In this document: piece after piece, positions 1 through 14,600 of the stretch
How the letters are laid out: every line of letters starts with the position of its first letter
Position numbering within the stretch: position 1 is the first letter of the stretch
From: Lama glama
Taxonomy: Eukaryota
Assembly (NCBI GenBank): GCA_028534125.1
Contig: CM052816.1
Span: 73,472,001-73,536,000, forward strand
DNA length: 64,000 bases
Direction: 5' to 3'
Program-made: the position numbers and the translations under genes
Notes under the pieces: model-generated
Seen by the model: the letters and a program-made list of their open reading frames with translations, nothing else
The model's database searches: none
What the model was told of the DNA's origin: nothing

Positions 1-1330
1 TCAGCTAAAAGTGATCTTTAATTCAGCTTTGAATTTTCTGAGGTTTTTGGATAGATTTTATTGCCCAAATGGGAATTATTGGTCAAATGACAACACTGTG
101 AGATTTGTAACTACCCTACATTTTACATCTTTTTTGTTGTCATTTTATTAGTGTCACCTTTGAGTCTCTTTAGACATTAAGAAGAGATAACTTAAAACCA
201 CAAATTCCTAACCAAAAAATGTGTTTTCTATTAGACAGCAGAATTGACACACTTTACTGGAACTCCATCAGATTTAACTTATATACTAGGTGAGGAGGAA
301 ATTAATACCTGAAACAATCCTGTTTAAAACATTCATCACTTCCTCCTGCACCATCATCAGAAAACCAAGATCTTTATGGTAAGAATGCTAAACAGTGACT
401 TTAAATTATCACAATCCCTTATATTTTAGTAAATTTCAACTGACATTTACTTGTGAATTGTATAATCTTATACCTCACAGAAAGCATTATTCCATGAAAA
501 ATAGTATAACAATAGATTTCTCCTGAGATGGAAGGAAGAACTTAAAAATAGGTCACTTGCCAGCCATCTATAATGAATTCTGTTGCTGGACCAACTTAAG
601 CCTAGAAAATATCTGTGGCAATTGTCCAAAGCAGTCTGGTTGACTCGTAAAGAGCTTGATTTTTAAAAATCTGTATTTAGGCAATACTTCTTTCAAAGTT
701 CATGGACTGAAGCTAGAGATGGGCTTTACTTCTTTTATAGTTCTATTATCTCAACCAAAGTAGGTACTTAAAGTCCAAAGGTAGCTATTATTTTAAAAAA
801 TAAAAATTCAGCAATAAAATTTCAATGACATCATCATCCAAATCAATTACCAAAGTCCTCTGAACAGTGTTACTAGGGCATTTAATTAAAATATACCATG
901 ACTATAAAGTTAAAAGTGTTTTTTCTTTCAAATTTCAAAAACAATGAACATAGACATATTTTGAGGGGGAATTATAGATACTTTTGATAACTTAGAAAAT
1001 CAAATAAAAAACTAATTAGTATATTTAAGTATCAAGAGGAATCTACTAGCATATATATTTTAAAACACCTAAACCACGGCAATATCATCTGTCTGCTCTC
1101 CTAACTGAAAGAAAAATATGCATTTTCATCATTCAGCGTCTTCTTGAGATCTCACCTTGTAGAATGATCAGAATTAGTGTTTTACTAAGTGCCACCCTGT
1201 CTGGATTTGGACACATTCTTCATGAATTGCTGCGGCGAAACACACTTCCCAAACTTCATGCCCTTATTCTCAGTCCCTCCTCCTAGAGTAGTAATATGTA
1301 TTTAGTGATAATGTTTTATGGTCTTGAGTT

Positions 1331-1560
1331 CAGGGATCGTGAACTCAAAAGCCATCAGAGACATGGAAAGTAATGTTAATTCATAAAGCAACCAAGTGCA
1401 AGGTAACAGAGAGGATCAGGACCTATGGTGAACTGCAAAATAGATACAAACTCCAAAGCATTCAAATTCAAATGATAATTTTTTTTTTAAACACTGAGTT
1501 AGCCCAACAAGACAGGTTAACAGAATTGCTTCAGCCTAATGCTGCCATGTAACATCTTTT
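1331..1560. mobile_element. Old hAT-Charlie-type DNA transposon relic (MER103-like)
   Basis: Begins cagggatcgtgaactcaaaagcc, resembling recalled caggggtcgcaaactcaaatgcc terminus; highly diverged. Confidence 0.4.
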
Positions 1561-1569
1561 AGTCTAGAT

Positions 1570-1742
1570 CAGTGGATCTAAAGACTGACTATACATTAGA
1601 GTCACTGCAGAGTGAAAGCAAAACAGAACTACATACATCTAGGCCCCTCCTTCAGAAATTTTAATCAGTTTGTCTGGAGTGGGGCTCATGGCATTCAAGT
1701 TCCCTAGACGATGCCAGTGTCTGCCAAAGTTGAGACCCTGTG
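1570..1742. mobile_element. MER5-like hAT-Charlie MITE
   Basis: cagtgg...cattagagtcac...gtctggagtggggc...aagttgagaccctgtg. Flanks gtctagat / gtctgagt resemble the NTCTAGAN 8-bp target. Confidence 0.65.
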
Positions 1743-1984
1743 GTCTGAGTAACAGATTTCAGATCTAATAAATAGATATTTTGTATCACATGAAGAATTT
1801 TTTTTTGCAAGATGTTAATTCCTACAGGAATGGGATGGTAATTTACATATTTATGATAAAGCCAATTCACTGAGCTATTTTACAAATGCTAGTGGAAGCT
1901 TTCTCTACACTATCTTCAGTCCCACATTAATTTGTCAAATAGTAAGCTGAGGTTAGGGCTACAGCCAGCCACCTCACCTGTAGC

Positions 1985-2085
1985 TGTATATAGCAGTAAA
2001 GGTTCTCCAGGGAAACAGAATCAATTGGAAATGTGTAGGCAGGGCGGCGGGGGGAGACGGAGACAGAGACAGAGACAGAGAGAGC
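1985..2085. mobile_element. MLT2-like LTR terminal fragment with (GAGACA)n tract
   Basis: ggttctccagggaaacagaatcaattgga followed by a GA-rich repeat, as in MLT2 ends. Confidence 0.55.
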
Positions 2086-2264
2086 ATCACATCTCTCTTT
2101 TCTCTTGAATTAAATGCATGAGTAGACTCAAATGGAGCTGTATAATACACGTAACACAGGTTGTCATGAGGCTAAACCTTCTCTGTAAAAACCAGCACAG
2201 AGGTGTTGATAACATCATTGTGTTTTGCTGGGAGACATTTTGAAAAATACATGTCAAAAACAAC

Positions 2265-2494
2265 TTAATACTATAATGGAAAATAGTCTGAAAATACATA
2301 TACATATACACTTGTATATGTATATATATACACATATATGTATATACATATACATATTTATACATCTATATATACATGTGTATATATATACACACACATA
2401 TATATATGTATCACTGAATCACTTTGCTGTATCCCTAAAACTAACATTGTAAATCAACCACAGTTCAATAAAAAATAAAATAAAAAAAAAAAAA
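2265..2494 (+). mobile_element. L1 3' end (cetartiodactyl type) with internal (TA/CA)n expansion and A-tail
   Basis: actgaatcactttgctgta...aaactaacattgtaaatcaac...tcaataaaa plus poly-A to 2494. Confidence 0.8.
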
Positions 2495-2559
2495 CTCGAT
2501 TTTCTGTCCTACACCTGATCCATCCCCAATCATCCATCCACACAGCTACAATGCAGGAA

Positions 2560-3258
2560 ATTCAGAGGAATCCTGGATTTTGACAAGCACAGTAAATCCT
2601 GTTGGGTCTACCTCTAAAATATTCCCCAAATCCATCCACTTCTCTACATCTCTATCATTACCATCTCAGGTCTCCATCATTTCCTGTTTGATTTATGGTA
2701 ATAGTCTCCAAACTGTTTATTTCACTTTGTCTCAGATCATTTCACCTCTCTGCTTACAATTTTCATTTTCTTCTCATTGTCTTTAGAATAAAACTCAATA
2801 TCCTCACCATGACCTATAAGGTCTTGACTTGATCAGACCCCAGCAACATTCACAATTTTATATCAACCAGCCCTCCTCTTTACACACCATGTTCACCCAT
2901 ACCAGCCTTTTCCAAGTTCCTTGGACTTTCTAAACATTTTCCTGTCACAGTGTTTTTGTGCTTGCTGATCCCTTATCTAGGACAGACTTCTTATGCCTGT
3001 TTCCTTCTCATTTTCACATTTCCTGATATTCTCTATTAAGCAGCCCTTTTTATTTCCCTCATAATACCAATTTCAACATTGATCATCTCACTCTTTAATC
3101 TTTATACTGTCTATTTTCCCTACTGGCAAATAAGCTGCAGGCAGAGAAAGAGATCTTGACTGGCCCAATCCTCCATGTACCACCAGTGCCCGCACCATCC
3201 CATAGACAGAACAGATGCTCAATGAATATTTTTAAATATCTGAGTGATTGAATGAGTG
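2560..3258 (+). mobile_element. L2 LINE 3' fragment
   Basis: aaatcctgttgggtctacctctaaaatat...ccacttctct; ends tgctcaatgaatatt...tgattgaatgagtg (L2 tail). Confidence 0.7.
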
Positions 3259-3589
3259 CTTCAGGTCTGAGATGTTACTACATCTATAAATAGCAGAGTG
3301 ATCTGAACGCCTTGGTTTTACTAAGAGCATAATCTACTGCAGAGTGCTGACCTACTTGATCAGAACATTCTCAATATGTCTTTAGTTGTCATCAGTGCAG
3401 CTCTCATTCATCTTTTGATTCAAGCATTTGTTGAATGCTTGCTCTGTGCCTGATTATAGGATAGCATAATACAGTGCACACATGCCTAACCAATATGACA
3501 CATCTTAGGTCACATTAATATTACTCTTGAATTTGCTATTTCCAACTTCCCATCTGCTCATTCAGGAACTCAGATTTGACCCTCCCCAC

Positions 3590-3900
3590 AGCTTTAGCAA
3601 CGAGAAGAGTCTTCCATGCACTCCAACATCAGTTTGAACTGCAAATCCCAACTGTACTTTGCTGCTCCAAGCTCTACTTTCACCACCACTGCTGATCTGA
3701 TTCTGCCATCTTCATCATGTGGTTTCCAAAGTTTTCTAGGAGAGGTCTCCATTACAGGCAGCAGGAAAGAGAAAAGAGCATGGAGAAGCACCATGTGGGA
3801 GTTTTAGGTGCCAGGCCTGGAAATAGCATGATCACTTCCTATCATGTGCCATGGGATAGAATTCAGTACATGATAATACCTGAAAACAAGTTCTGGGAAA
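3590..3900. mobile_element. Old MaLR (MLT1-type) LTR fragment
   Basis: gccaggcctggaaatagcatgatcacttcctatcatgtgccatgggatagaattcagtacatg resembles the MLT1 core. Confidence 0.5.
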
Positions 3901-5674
3901 TGTTCTACTGGAAGTCACTTTCCAGTAAACAATTCATGAACTTTCGAAGGTTAATTGGCTATGCCTGTCACAGCTCAAAATGTTTCAGAATACAGTGGAA
4001 CAGCTCTAGTTCACACAAGCAGCCCTTCGTGTCCCCAGGTTCTACCCAAATCTAGGGTAGTTAGGGTGGGACTGGTTTTAGGACTGGGCACCACATTGTA
4101 CTACCATTCCATTCTGCTCTTCAGTCCATGTTGCTGAATTTGCTTCAAGTTTCTCCTTATACCTTTTGGCCTTTGGAGCTGTCTAATGAATCATTAGTTA
4201 TATCTGTATGTTTAACACTTTGGATAAAGTACAGTTTTCCACCCCTAAGGAGACTCTTCAACCCTCAAAAACAAAACAAAACATATCACTGGAAGCCATA
4301 TTTTCCAGTAATCATTTTGCTTAAAACTATCTGCCAGCCCTACCTTATGTCTCAATTCCAACTCTTCTGGGATCTTTGCTAGATATTGAGATGAACTTGA
4401 ATATTAGTTGGAAGTTTTGTAGGCACAGGGGCTAAAGAAAGAATTTTAGCTGAGAGGTAAAATTTGAGCAAAGACTGACAAGAATTCATTTATTCATCAA
4501 ATATGGATAGCACTGAGACTTAGAGAAAGAACATGACTTTTTACTTTATAAGCCAGATATAATATTATTTACATAACTATAAACTAGCTGCTAATTGTTA
4601 TTCTCTTGGTAATATCCACAGAATTAATTACAAAGCCTATGTCACCAAAAATTAAAAAGTACATCTTACATCTTAGAGCTCAGAAATAATACTTGGAGCC
4701 TTTATAGCCTGATTTCATTGACACTGATCTCTTAAAATCAAGATCAGAAGTAAGATTAGCACAAATGCAAATAGATTGTAGGCATTTTCAAGATTCAAGA
4801 AACAAAAAACTAAAAATAAGGCTGAAAAATGAGGACCATATATTTTAGAATTATAACCATAGGTGACAGTCCAAGGTTTATGAAACCAAGTCTTCAGAAC
4901 ACTGGTTAAGCAATGACATTTGGGGAAGTCAATAAGCAGCAGCTCTCCAGTCCTCTCTGAAGGACAGGCCTGGCCCCGGGGCTGGAGTTGGAGGGGCGGC
5001 CTCGGAAGGCAGAAGTGCCTTTACTTGCATCTGTAGTACATGGCACCAGAGTCCAAATAACATTTGTGTTCCAAGAAGACATGCCAATGGTCAATTTGCA
5101 GAAATGTGTCCAAATGTGCTGTCAAACCAAAGAAGTCTGATAGTCAAAGCCAAGACAGCCCAGAATCCAGGAAATGCTACACCAAGAAACCATGAGACAG
5201 AATTAGGAAATGGGAGGTAATGACCAAGATTGAACGCCTTTGGTGATCCTTATTCTGGGTGGGGTATAAAGTGGACAAGCTCGTATATTTAAAGGACCTA
5301 GGACAGAGCAGACAGCAAGTATATTGACTTTAAAGATTATCTAGGATAAAAATCAATTCTATCAGAGAAGATTTCTAGGGTAACAAATGTAACTTCATTT
5401 GAAGAAAGCTGATAGATTTCAGCTCTTCCTAAATATATTCTTTATTGCCTCAATTTTCAGAGAGAGTTTTGAATTTTAAACACAGAAGTCACTGGTGGAC
5501 AATACGTTATTGTTAACAGCAAATTTATATAAAATCTAAGAACCTTAAGAGAACGCTAAATCATCGAGCCCCCTTTGGAAAAGTTTAATTAGTTGTTGGC
5601 TATCAAGGCAGAGGCCTAAAGAGTGACAGTTTGATTACAACAGGGTGAGAATTAAAAAGCAGTATTTTGAGTAT

Positions 5675-6150
5675 ATCTTTCTTAGCTCAGGTTTCTTTGA
5701 AATAGACTCAGCTACAAGAATACACATGTAAGTGGCTTATGAAGAAAGCACATCTGGGGAAAACCAGTAAGGGAGTGGGAGAAGCAGGAGAGGGAGGGGA
5801 AACCAAATAAGAACGCAATTTCAGCACCCAGAGGGTAGCTGCCACTTATTTCTACCAGGGATCTTTGGAGTGTAGGTTACCCCCCAGAGTCATCCTGTCC
5901 CAGGACAAGAGCGCCGCCTTTTCATACCTCTGCTCTGCTCCAGGCTGACACTAGCTAAGAGTCACCCTGAACAAACATCAACACCAGGCACTTCTAGCTC
6001 TCTTCACTGGCAGATGTAGGCAGTCTCCCTCTGAATAGTCATAGGTACAGGCTGCTGGACGCAAGAGGGTAACAAACCTAGCGTAGGGACTCAGTGAAAG
6101 AGTAAAAGGCATCTGAGGGAATCTGCACAGAATATGGATAACCATGGTGG
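5675..6150. mobile_element. Old ERVL-type LTR (LTR16/LTR33-like)
   Basis: catgtaagtggcttatgaagaaag...gggaaaaccagtaagggagtgggagaagcaggagagggagggg motif. Confidence 0.55.
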
Positions 6151-6466
6151 TGTTCCAGGTTCTTTTAGCTTACGTGTGTTAACACTGTTTCATTAAAATG
6201 TTTTTACATGAGAATATGACTAAATATTCTTTCATAAGAAAAAGCAATACTTATTTCTTATCACAACTGAAGCCAGCACAAGGATATAGAAAGGAAAACA
6301 AAAATCAAAATCACCCATAAATTCTCCTCCATTTCTTTTCCCTCAAGTCACCAATGTTAAAATTGCTAGTTCATTCTTAACATCTTTAGTCACATTTACA
6401 CAACTGCATCGACATGTATGTAAGGTTTGTTTCTGTTTATTAAAAATAGTAACAGAGAACACAGTA

Positions 6467-6643
6467 CAGTCATCCCTCCGTATCCATGGGATATTTGTTC
6501 CAGGTCCCTCTGATACCAAAATCCACAGATGCTCCAGTCCCTTATGGCTAGAACAGTTGGCCCTCCATGTCTGTGGGTTCCACACTAGATCAGGGTTGGT
6601 TGAACCCACAGATAAAGAACTCGCTGACACAAGGGGCTGATCA
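6467..6643. mobile_element. MER2-like TcMar-Tigger MITE
   Basis: TA|cagtcatccctccgtatccatggg...gataccaaaatccacagatgctc; degenerate inverted end followed by TA. Confidence 0.75.
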
Positions 6644-6782
6644 TACTTTTTATCTTTCCTTGACAACTTAGTATTACATAGCCATACTTTCATATATCTA
6701 TATATGTATATATAGATAGATATACATTACATACACATATGTATATAATATATATATACACACACACATTAACACACATGTA

Positions 6783-6997
6783 TAGTTGACCTATAAACAA
6801 AGGGATTAGAGGCGCCAACCCCACACCCAGTCAAAAATAAGTACAGCATTCAAGTCAGCCTTCTGTATTCCTGGTTCTGCACCCACAGATTCAACCAACA
6901 GCAGATTGTGTAGTACTTTAGTATGTTTTATTGAAAAATATCTGCATGTAAGTGAGCCTGTGCAAGTCAAACTCATGTTATTTAAAGGTCGGCTGTA
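6783..6997. mobile_element. Tigger2/MER8-like TcMar MITE
   Basis: Termini tagttgacctataaaca ... tgttatttaaaggtcggctg|ta match cagttgacccttgaacaaca-type TIRs with TA targets. Confidence 0.7.
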
Positions 6998-7234
6998 TAC
7001 ATTTAACTCATTTTCAATTAAGACAAAATATTTAGTAACATAGATAACCCAGAATTTATTACTTCCTGTGAACGGTGAACATTAAAAGTTTCTTTTACTG
7101 CCACTACATTGAAATATCCTATACCTATGTCCTTCTATGCCAGTGTTTTATTTCTATAGATAGATAACTAAAAGTGGGATTTCTGGGCCAAAGAATATGT
7201 TCCTTCTAAAATTAAAAATTAAAAAGAAATTCAG

Positions 7235-7920
7235 TTGATAACGTGTTTTCCTATTTCACTGAGAAAGTAGAAGCAATCAGAGGAGAACCTTCACAAACTG
7301 CTTCAAGAAGATTTAAGATTTACCACTGGCCAGGATCTGTATCATACACTATGTCCTCTCTCCCATCACAAATGAAATGATCATCCTCCTCTCTAAACGC
7401 AGTCTCTCTATTCGTGCACTGAATCTCATTCCCTCCTTGCCTCCTCGAGGACATTTTTATTCCAGCAATGCTCCTCTGCTTCTCCCTCTTCTATACTAAC
7501 TCAGTGTTTCCATTTGTTCAAAGACAAAAAAATTAGTGCCATCCTTGACTATTTCTTTCAAGTTACACATACAATACACCAGAAAATCAGGTTGATTATA
7601 ATCTAATACATATCCATGATATAACCATTTCTCTCACTGCCTTTAATGTTACAACCTTTGGTTCAAGGCATCATTTTTTTTTTCCCAGATCATGGTGCTA
7701 GCTGCCCAAATGGTCTGTTTTACCTTTGTTACCTTACAATCTATTCTCAACACATAGCAAGAGTAATTCTTTTTAACTTAAGACAGATCAGGTGTTCAGA
7801 ATGAAGACTCTCTAACAACCCTGCTTAAAATTGTTAAATCACCTCTCACATCCCAATCCCTATATTCTTTCCTGCTTTATTCTTTTATAGCATTTATGGC
7901 ATTTAAATAAAATATAAATT
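7235..7920 (+). mobile_element. L2 LINE fragments
   Basis: cctatttcactgagaaagtagaagcaatcaga...; ctattctcaacacatagcaagagtaattc are typical L2 segments. Confidence 0.65.
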
Positions 7921-8229
7921 TACATATTCTAGACCACATTGCATATCTTATAATTTTATGCAAATATTTTTTGTGTTATTCTTATCTTTGCATTTTTGTC
8001 TTTATATTTTTCAAGATTTCATGATGAAAAATTTTACCTGCATACAAGGTAGAAGGAATTTTGCAATAAGCATTCAGTACCCATCACCTATATTTGATCA
8101 TTGATATCTTACTGTAATTGTTTACCACATACATCTCCATCTCTTTCTTCATTCCATCCAGCCAATTAGCTATCCAATTTTTGATACATTTCACTACTAA
8201 TTATAGAAATCAGATTTAATTTTTATCTC

Positions 8230-8665
8230 ACTTCATGTGCTTATTGTCTTTTCATACATCCTGTTTTATAAGATATCTATTTGAATGTTTTGCTGATTTT
8301 TAATTAAGCTGTTTGGTTTTTTTGCTTATTGAGTTATAGATTTTATTTATTTATCTTGGATACCACTCTTTGTTAGACTTATGTTTGTGTATATTTTCTC
8401 CCCATTTGTGGTTTTACTATTCACTTCCTTATGTATTTCTAGAAGCATAAGTTTTAACTTTTGATAAAGTATAATGCATCAGTTATAATATATATAGTTA
8501 GTGATTTCTATAATCCTGGAAACTTTTGCCTTTTGTTTATACACACATCATGAGAAAATTCTTATATACTTTTTCTAAAAGTTTGATGACAAGTTCTTGC
8601 ATTTAGGGCATAACCCATTAATTTTTGTATATAAGTGTGAGGTAGAGGTTAAGCTGCTTCTTTTT
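8230..8665 (-). mobile_element. Old L1 (L1ME/M5-like) ORF2 3' region, left piece
   Basis: Diverged antisense L1 text ending gtgtgaggtagaggttaag; continues collinearly at about 14960. Confidence 0.65.
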
Positions 8666-8669
8666 AAAA

Positions 8670-11600
8670 TTAATACATTTTATTTTTTAGAGCAGTTTTA
8701 GGTTCACAGTGAAATTGAACAGAAAGTACAGAGAGTTCCTGTTGGTCAGAGCACTCTGTACCAATTACTAATCTCAGACAGGACTGCAAATGCTCTTGTC
8801 CATTGCATCTTGGTATCAGAGTCACTAAGGAAAACACAACATAGTCGAGCACTGGATAGAACAATGCTTTACTTAAATGGAGAAAAAACAGCAAGATCAG
8901 TTTCAGTACTGATTGTGGGGACCCCATAGACAACAGGTCTCTCCTGGCAGCCAATGAAGAACCATTTGCTTACTCATATCCCTCTCTAGCCAAGGTGGAG
9001 GGAACCCTGACCCCTCCTCTGTGGAATTTGAAATACTGAAAGCTGGAGGAATGCCTGAGTGCCATAGACTCCCAAGCTTAAGAAGAACAAAAGAACACTA
9101 ATTGCTCCTAAATCAGGGAGCACACGAGGTGATAAGCCCTGTACAAGCTGTGTGGTCTCTTTATCAGTTGGTAAGGAGGCTTTCCAGAACCAAGATCTCT
9201 TGTGTGTGTGTGTGTGTGTGTGACTGAATAGGGGTCACAAGACTGAATGCATGGGGCTGTATTTTGCAACAATTCCCTTTTACAACAACCCCTTTCATAT
9301 GCATAACCTCCTCCCACTGTCAACATCCTGCACCATAGTACATTTATTACAATCCATGAGTATACATTGACACATTATTATCACCCAACATACATAGTTA
9401 ACATCAGGGTTCCCTCTCAGTGTTGTACATTCTTTGGGGGTTGACAAATGTATAATTGAACATGCACACCATTTTAGCACCCTACACTAGTTTCACTACC
9501 ATAAAAATCCTCTGTGTTCTGCCAATGTGACTCTCCCTCCGCCTAAAGCCTAGTTATTACTAATTTTTTATTTCCATAGTTTTGCCTTTTCCAGGGGGTC
9601 ATATAGTTGGAATAATACAGTATGTAGCTATTTTGGATTGGCTTTTATCACTAAGAAATACGCATTTAAGGTCCCTGCATGTTTTTTCATGGCTCAGTAC
9701 ATCTCATTTCTTTTTAGTGCTGAATAATACTCCATCGTCTTGTTATACCAGTTTATTTATCCACTCACTATTGAAGTATATCTTGGTTGCTCCAAAGTTT
9801 TGGTAGTTATTTAAAAAGCTGCCATAAACATCCATGTGCTGGTTTTTGTGTGGTCATAAGTTTTCAACTGATTTGAGTAAATACTAAGGCGTATGATTGC
9901 TGGATCGCATGGTAAGAATATGTTTAGTTCCATAAGAAACTGCCAAACTCTCTTCCAAAGTGACTGTACCATTTTGCATTGTTACCAGTAACGAATGGGG
10001 GTTCCTGTTGCTCCACATCCACATCAGCATTTGGTGTTGTCAGTGTCCTGGATTTTGGCCATTCAAATAGGTGTATAGTGGTATCTGTTAATTTGCAATT
10101 TCCTAAAAACATGTGCTGTTGAACAATTTTTTGTATTTTGCTTGCTCTCTGTTATATCTTCTTTGAAAGGGGTCTTTTAAATAAAGTCTTATGTCAATTT
10201 TTAAAATAGGCAGTTCATGTTCTTATTGTTCAGTTTTAGAGTTCCTTGTATATTTTGGATAGCAGTCCTTAATCAGTTGTGTTTTTTGCAAATATTTTCT
10301 CTAAGTCTCTACTTAATTACTCATTCTCTTGACATTGTCTTTTGCAGAGCAGAAGTTTGTAATTTTCATGAAGTTCAGCTTATCTCTAATTTACTTCATG
10401 GATCATATCTTTGATGTTGTCTCAAAAAAGTCATCACCATATCCAGGGTCATCTAAATTTTCTCCTATGTTTTCCTCCAGTAATTCTATAGTTTCGTGTT
10501 TTACATTTAGGTCTATGATCCATTTTGAGTTAATTTTTGTGAAGATATAAGCTCTGTACTTAGAGTAAATTTTTTGCATGTGGATGTCCAGTTGTTCCAG
10601 CACCATTTGTTAAAAAGACTATGTTTTCTCCATTGTATTATCTCTGCTTATTAGTCAAAGATCAGTTGACTCTATTTATGTGGGCCTATTTCTGGCCAAT
10701 ACCACACTGTTTTGACTACTGGTAGCTTTATAATAAATCTTGAAGTCAAGCAGTAGTGTCAGTCCTCCAACTTTGTTTTTCTCCTTCAATATTGTGTTGG
10801 CTCTTCTAGGTCTTTTGCCTCTTTATATAAACTTTAGACCCACTTGTTAATATCCACAAAATAACCTGCTCAGATTTTGACTGAAATTGCATGGAATCTA
10901 TAGATCAAGATGAGGAATCTGACATCTTGACAATACTGAGTTTTTCTATCCATAAACATGGAATATTTCTCCATTTATTAAGAGCTTTAATTTCATTCAA
11001 CAGTGTTTTGTAGATTTCCTCATATAGATGTAGCATATATTTTGTTAGGTTTATAGCTAAGTATTTTATTTGGGGGATACTTATATAAATGTGTTTTTAA
11101 TTTCAAATTTAACTTGTTCATTGCTGGTACATAGGAAAGCAAGTAGTTTTTATATATTAATCTTTTATCCTGCAACCTTGGTATAAATGCTTATAATCTT
11201 CATGAGATTTTTGTTTGTTGTTGTTATTGTTATTTTTTTCCCAGACTTTCTACATAGACAATCATGTCATCTGCAAACAAAGACAGTTTTATTTCTTCCT
11301 TCCTAATCTGTATGCCTTTTCTTTTCTTTTCTTTCTTGTCTTACTGCATTATCTAGGACTATAGAACAGTATTGAAAAGCAGTGAGTGATAGGGGACATC
11401 TTTGCCTTGTTCCTGATCTTAATGGAAAAGCTTCCAGTTATTCACTACTAAGAATGATGTTAGGTATAGGTGTTTTTTAGTGTTCTGTATCAAAATTTGG
11501 AAGTTCCCTCTTTACACTGAGTTTCTGGGAGTTTTTCTGATAAATGGGTGTTGAACTTCGTCAAATTTTTTTTTTGCATCCACTGATATGATCCTATGAT

Positions 11601-14600
11601 TTTTCTTTGTTAGTCTTTTGATGCAACAGATTACATTTCTTGGTTTTTGAATGTTCAACCAACTTTGCATTCCTGAGATAAATCTCACTAACACATGGTA
11701 TATAATTCTTTTTATGCATTGTTGGATTCAATTTGCTAATATTTTGTTGAAGATTTTTGTACCTATGTTTATGACACATATTGGTCTGTAGTTTTCTTTT
11801 CTTGTATTATCTTTGTCTGGTTTTGTATTAGGGTAATGCTAGCCTCATAGAATGAGTTAGGAAGTATTCCCTCTCATTCTATCCTATGACAGAAGTTTGT
11901 AATTTGTAGAGAATGAGTATAATTCTTGCTCAAATGTCTGGTATAATTCACCAGTGAATCCATTCAGGTCTGCTACTTTCTGTTTTGAAAGATTATTAAT
12001 TATTGTTTTAATTTATTTAATAGGTATAAGTCTATTCAGATTGTTTCTTCCTCTGTGGATTCTGACAGATTATGTCTTTCAAGAAATATGTCCATTTTAT
12101 CTAGGGTATCAAATTTGGGGGCATAAAGTTCATAAAATTCCTTAATTATCCTTTAAACATCCACGGGATCTGTAGTAATGATCCTTCTTTCACTTAATAT
12201 CGGTAATTTGTGCCTAGTTTCATATTTTTTTTTAGTTAGGTTTGCTAAAGGCTTATTGTTATTATTGATCTTTTCAAAGAAAGAGTTTTGACTTTGTTGT
12301 TTTTTCTCTCCTGGTTTCCTGTTTTCAACTTCATTGATTTTTGTTATTTATTTACTTATGCTTCCCTTAGATTTAATTTGCTCTTTTTTCCCAGTTTTTT
12401 TGAGTGGAAGCTTAGATAATTTTAGATCTTTCTTCTTTTTTAATATATGCATTCAATGCTACTATTTGCCCTTTAATCATCACTTTCACTGATCCTACAA
12501 ATTTTGATAAATTACATTTTCATTTTCATTTATAAAAATATTTAAAAATTTCTCTTTAGGTTTCTTCTTGTTTTATTCAGAAGTGTGCTGCTTAATCTCC
12601 AAGTATTTTGGGATTTTACAGCTATCTTTTTATTATTGATTTCTAGTTTAATTTAATTGTAGCCTGAAAGCAGACATTGTATAATTTCTATTCTTTAAAA
12701 TTTGTGAAGGTGTATTTCATGACCCAGAATGTAATTTATTTTGGTGACTATCCCATGTGAGTTTGAGAAGAATATTTAGTCTGCTGTTACTGATGAAATA
12801 GTCGATAGATGTCCATTACACCCAGCTGACTGATGGTGCGTACTCAACTATATCCTTACTGATTTTTTGCCTCCTGGATCTTCCATTTCTGACAGTGTTT
12901 TCAAAGTCCCTCAGATATAACAATGGATTCAACTATTTCTCCTTGCAGTCCTACCAGTTTTTGCCTCAAGTAGTTTGATGCTTTGTTACATTATTTGTTA
13001 TGTTATTATTATGTTATATAACAAAATGTATTTGATTATGTATGTATATATGCTCATGTATGCTTATTTATAAATGATTATCTGTTATATCAATTAAGAA
13101 TTAAGAAAAATAAAAAGTTTTATTTACCTTCACTTATTCATCCTCTGATATACTTCCTTTTTCTACGTAGATCTGAGTTTCTGACCTACAACATTTTCCT
13201 TTTTTCTTAAGAATTTTTTTTTAATGTTTCTCACAAGGCAACAAATTCCCTCAAATTTTGTTTGAAAAAGTCTATTTCTCCTTCACTTTTGAAGGGTAGT
13301 TTTGGGGAGTACAGAATTCTATGTCAGTAGTTTTTTTTTTCTCAACACTTTAAATATTCTACTCCATTTTCTTCTTGCCTACTTGGTTTCTGAGGAGATG
13401 TCAGACATAATTCTTATCTTTGCTCCTATAGGTAAGGTATTTTTCTCCCTCTGACTTCTTTCAAAGCATTTTTTATTTTGCCTTTGATTTTCTACAGTCC
13501 AAATATAATATACCTACACGTAGACTTTGTGTTTTTTCTCTTGCTTATTGTTCTTTGAGATTCCTGAATCTGTGATTTGGTATCTGACATTAATTGGGGA
13601 ATGTTTTTTAGTCCTTCTTGCTACCAGAAAGAAAAGCACTGTTTCTGTTTCTTTCTCTCCTTTTCCCCTTCCGGTATTCTCATTATGTATATGTTACATC
13701 TTTTTTAGTGGTCCCATAATTCTTGGATTTTTTTAAACTGTTTTTCCTCTTTGCTTTTTGTTTTGGAAATTCTGTTGTCATATCCTCAGGCTCAGCATTT
13801 CTTTCCTCAGCCATGTCTAGTTTACTATTGAATCCATCAAAGACATTCTTCATTTCTGTTACAGTGTTTGTTCTGTAGTATTTATTTTTTATTCTTTCTT
13901 AGAATTTCCATCTCTCACTTACATTATCCTTCTGTTCTTGTATATTGTCTACTTTTTCCCCATAAAATCCCTTAGCATGTTAATCATGGTTTGATATTTT
14001 TTTTGGTAGTTTTCTTATCTTCGTTGATAATTTCGACATCCCTACCATATCTTGTTCTGGTTCTGATTCTTATTCAGTCTCTTCAAACAGTGGTTTTTAC
14101 CTCTTAGTATGCTTAGTAATTTCATGTTGAAAGCCAGACATGATGTACTTAGTGAAAGGAACTGTGGTAAACAGGCCTTTAGAAACATAGCAGTAAGGGG
14201 GGAATAGGGAGAAGCTTTCTATAGTTCTATAAATATGCCTCAGTCTTTTGGTGAATCTTTGTCTCTGAGCTGCAAACTTCACCACTGCTTCTCATTTCCA
14301 CATCCCCCTGCCGTTAGGTGGAACAGGATGGCTAGAGGGTAATAGATTTGGGTATTTCCCTTCTCCTACATGGAAGACTAGAGCTAGTTGGAGTTGGGTA
14401 TTTCTTTTCCCCTGGCTAGATTAGGTTCTGAAAAAACCCAAAAGGTTAGGCTCTTATAAAATTGTTTTTCCTGAGAGAAGTTATTAAGAAGAGTAGATGC
14501 TCTGGCATATTTCAAAATGGTTCCTTTTCCCTCCCCCTGTAGAAGCATGAGAAGATTTTTCTCTAATATTTACTCTGAGGACTTCGTAGAGCTCCTGGAA

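Noticed and set aside
1324..1348. 9-bp hairpin ttgagttca-N7-tgaactcaa
   Set aside because: Short, overlaps a transposon end, and is expected by chance in 64 kb; too small for a miRNA precursor.
2087..2452. Tyr/Ile/His-rich ORFs
   Set aside because: Translations of (TA/CA)n low-complexity sequence.
4960..5010. Small GC-rich patch with a GGGGCGG box
   Set aside because: About 50 bp only, with no island or associated exon.
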